Under the pieces are notes generated by a model. The model saw nothing but the letters and a program-made list of their open reading frames with translations. It was not told the origin of the DNA and did no database searches. From contig NMRA01000153.1 in the NCBI GenBank assembly GCA_002633005.1, positions 22,042 to 86,041 on the forward strand: 64,000 nucleotides of DNA. Reading direction: 5' to 3'. Within the stretch, counting starts at the first letter, position 1. The number at the start of each line of letters is the position of its first letter. Below are positions 63,001 to 64,000 of the stretch, one piece after another. Origin of the DNA: Phoronis australis. Lineage: Eukaryota; Animalia; Phoronida. The translations under genes and the position numbers were made by a program.

Positions 63001-63959
63001 ATTACCTTGCAGTACATGTATTGTCCTATGCCAAAATGAGTTATACACCAAATGACCTGGACTGTTATATAGATGTGCTATAGAATGTTCTGGTAGACTC
63101 ACATTGATATTAGTGCTTCTGTCTTTGAGCGTTACTATCATTACTCTTCTATCCATTAACGGTAATTTACTTTGTCATATTCTCAACAAATATGAGCATT
63201 TAGAAATTAAGTTAATTTGAAAACGCAGTTTTTTCGGTATTGTATATTTGGTAAATTTTCATAATCTGTGACATTGCAATCAGCCTTTGAATAATAGACA
63301 CGTGACCATTTTGGCAATTTGTGCGAAATAAATGAAGAATTACTGAATTATGGCTGTGACTGTCATAATGATGTAAAGTTATTAATTATAATCGTCATTT
63401 CTATTTCAGGTACATTCACAAAGAGATCAAACTCTATATAGACGGGAATAGGGTGCATTCCATATTTTCAGAAATCCCCGACTCACAGTTGCTGCAGCTG
63501 AAACCAAATGTCACTCTTCACCTCTACACAAAGCTACTACCGTGTGGGGATGCACGCTTTGATCCAGGGTGCGTCTTTGCACTGACTTTTGGCCTTTGTG
63601 ATATATTTTGGCTAATGTATAACTACTAACAATTTCTTTGTACTGTAGAATTAGCAGTACTTTGATAAACAGGGCTTCATGCATTGAAAGTGCACTGTAG
63701 ACCGGAAACATATGTGTGATGTGATAGGTGTATGACGGTGTAGATCAAACTTTGTGCTCTCGGAATATTTTCTAATTATTGATTATCGACATTCCCATTT
63801 CATCCTTGGTTGCAGTTCTGTCATGATACGCATGTCATTATCTCCATAGCAACTGCCCCACTTTAACCTCTCAGGAGATCTTGGACCTGTCCGATGACTA
63901 CCACGAGGGCTTATTTATTGGCAAGTTTGATGGGACTCTCAGCACAAAAACGACTGTTG
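57062..63959 (+). CDS. ADAD1: Adenosine deaminase domain-containing (ADAD1/2-like, ADAR family) protein with two dsRBMs; 3' end lies beyond the window
   Basis: Exons 57062-57083 (MASKSKK), 57760-57816, 58784-59095, 59868-60111, 60992-61115, 61832-61991, 62390-62522, 63410-63568, 63850-63959, all phase-consistent GT-AG. dsRBM1: HPVSALMEY..FACECIVDG..GTGKTKKEAKTAAAKNAL. dsRBM2: SIVTVLQEYCQRQK..YIATVYV..KTKKDAKRRAAEEAL. Deaminase domain: IAAFIV, VVALGTG, DGRCVLDSHALTIARRSLLRY, LHLY..PCGDARF. The segment PKKVPQQLVQDFIKGAKHPVSAL resembles the region before the dsRBM of vertebrate ADAD1. Exact orthology (ADAD1 vs ADAD2) is not resolvable. Confidence 0.82.
57890..58275. repeat. 30-bp minisatellite, about 13 copies
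   Basis: Unit TTACCATTCAGTCATCACACTC(A/T)CCGTCGT. Confidence 0.95.
59436..59559. repeat. About 62-bp tandem duplication
   Basis: ACCAGCAGTAGAG(C/T)GACTAGTGAAGTAGCTAGGACTGGAACACTGGCATGATTGATGGTCTA occurs twice. Confidence 0.9.
61097..61357 (+). repeat. About 29-bp tandem copies of the ADAD-like exon end plus donor site
   Basis: About 9 variants of GATGTTTTAGAACTACACGG|GTAGGTAGA, beginning inside the exon (TGTTTTAGAAGTACACGGG|GTAAGCAGA). Confidence 0.85.
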
Positions 63960-64000
63960 GTAAGTTCTTTTCAGTTGCTTGGCTGTTTCATACTTGCACC

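Overview
AT-rich, intron-rich animal genomic DNA (invertebrate-like, probably lophotrochozoan; species not determinable). It has two large N gaps and two single-N joins. Three spliced genes could be assembled by hand with consistent GT-AG sites and intron phases. (1) A divergent ceramide-kinase-like gene (+, 11 coding exons, 7007-16117, about 452 aa). (2) A complete MROH1 (maestro HEAT-like repeat) gene (-, 36 coding exons, 53853-18796, about 1667 aa) that contains one U12-type intron. (3) Head-to-head with MROH1, an ADAD/ADAR-family gene (+, CDS from 57062, truncated by the window end) with two dsRNA-binding motifs and a deaminase domain that lacks the catalytic Glu (HAL) but keeps PCGDAR. 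The rest is LINE and Gypsy relics, MITEs, Helentron-like elements and minisatellites. The most unusual signals are a palindrome carrying a hammerhead-ribozyme core on each strand inside an MROH1 intron, tandem repeats seeded on splice sites that create competing donors, long fold-back elements in the first intron of the dsRNA-binding gene, and the hybrid ADAR/ADAD active site. All gene models and family calls come from manual reading, not from database searches.
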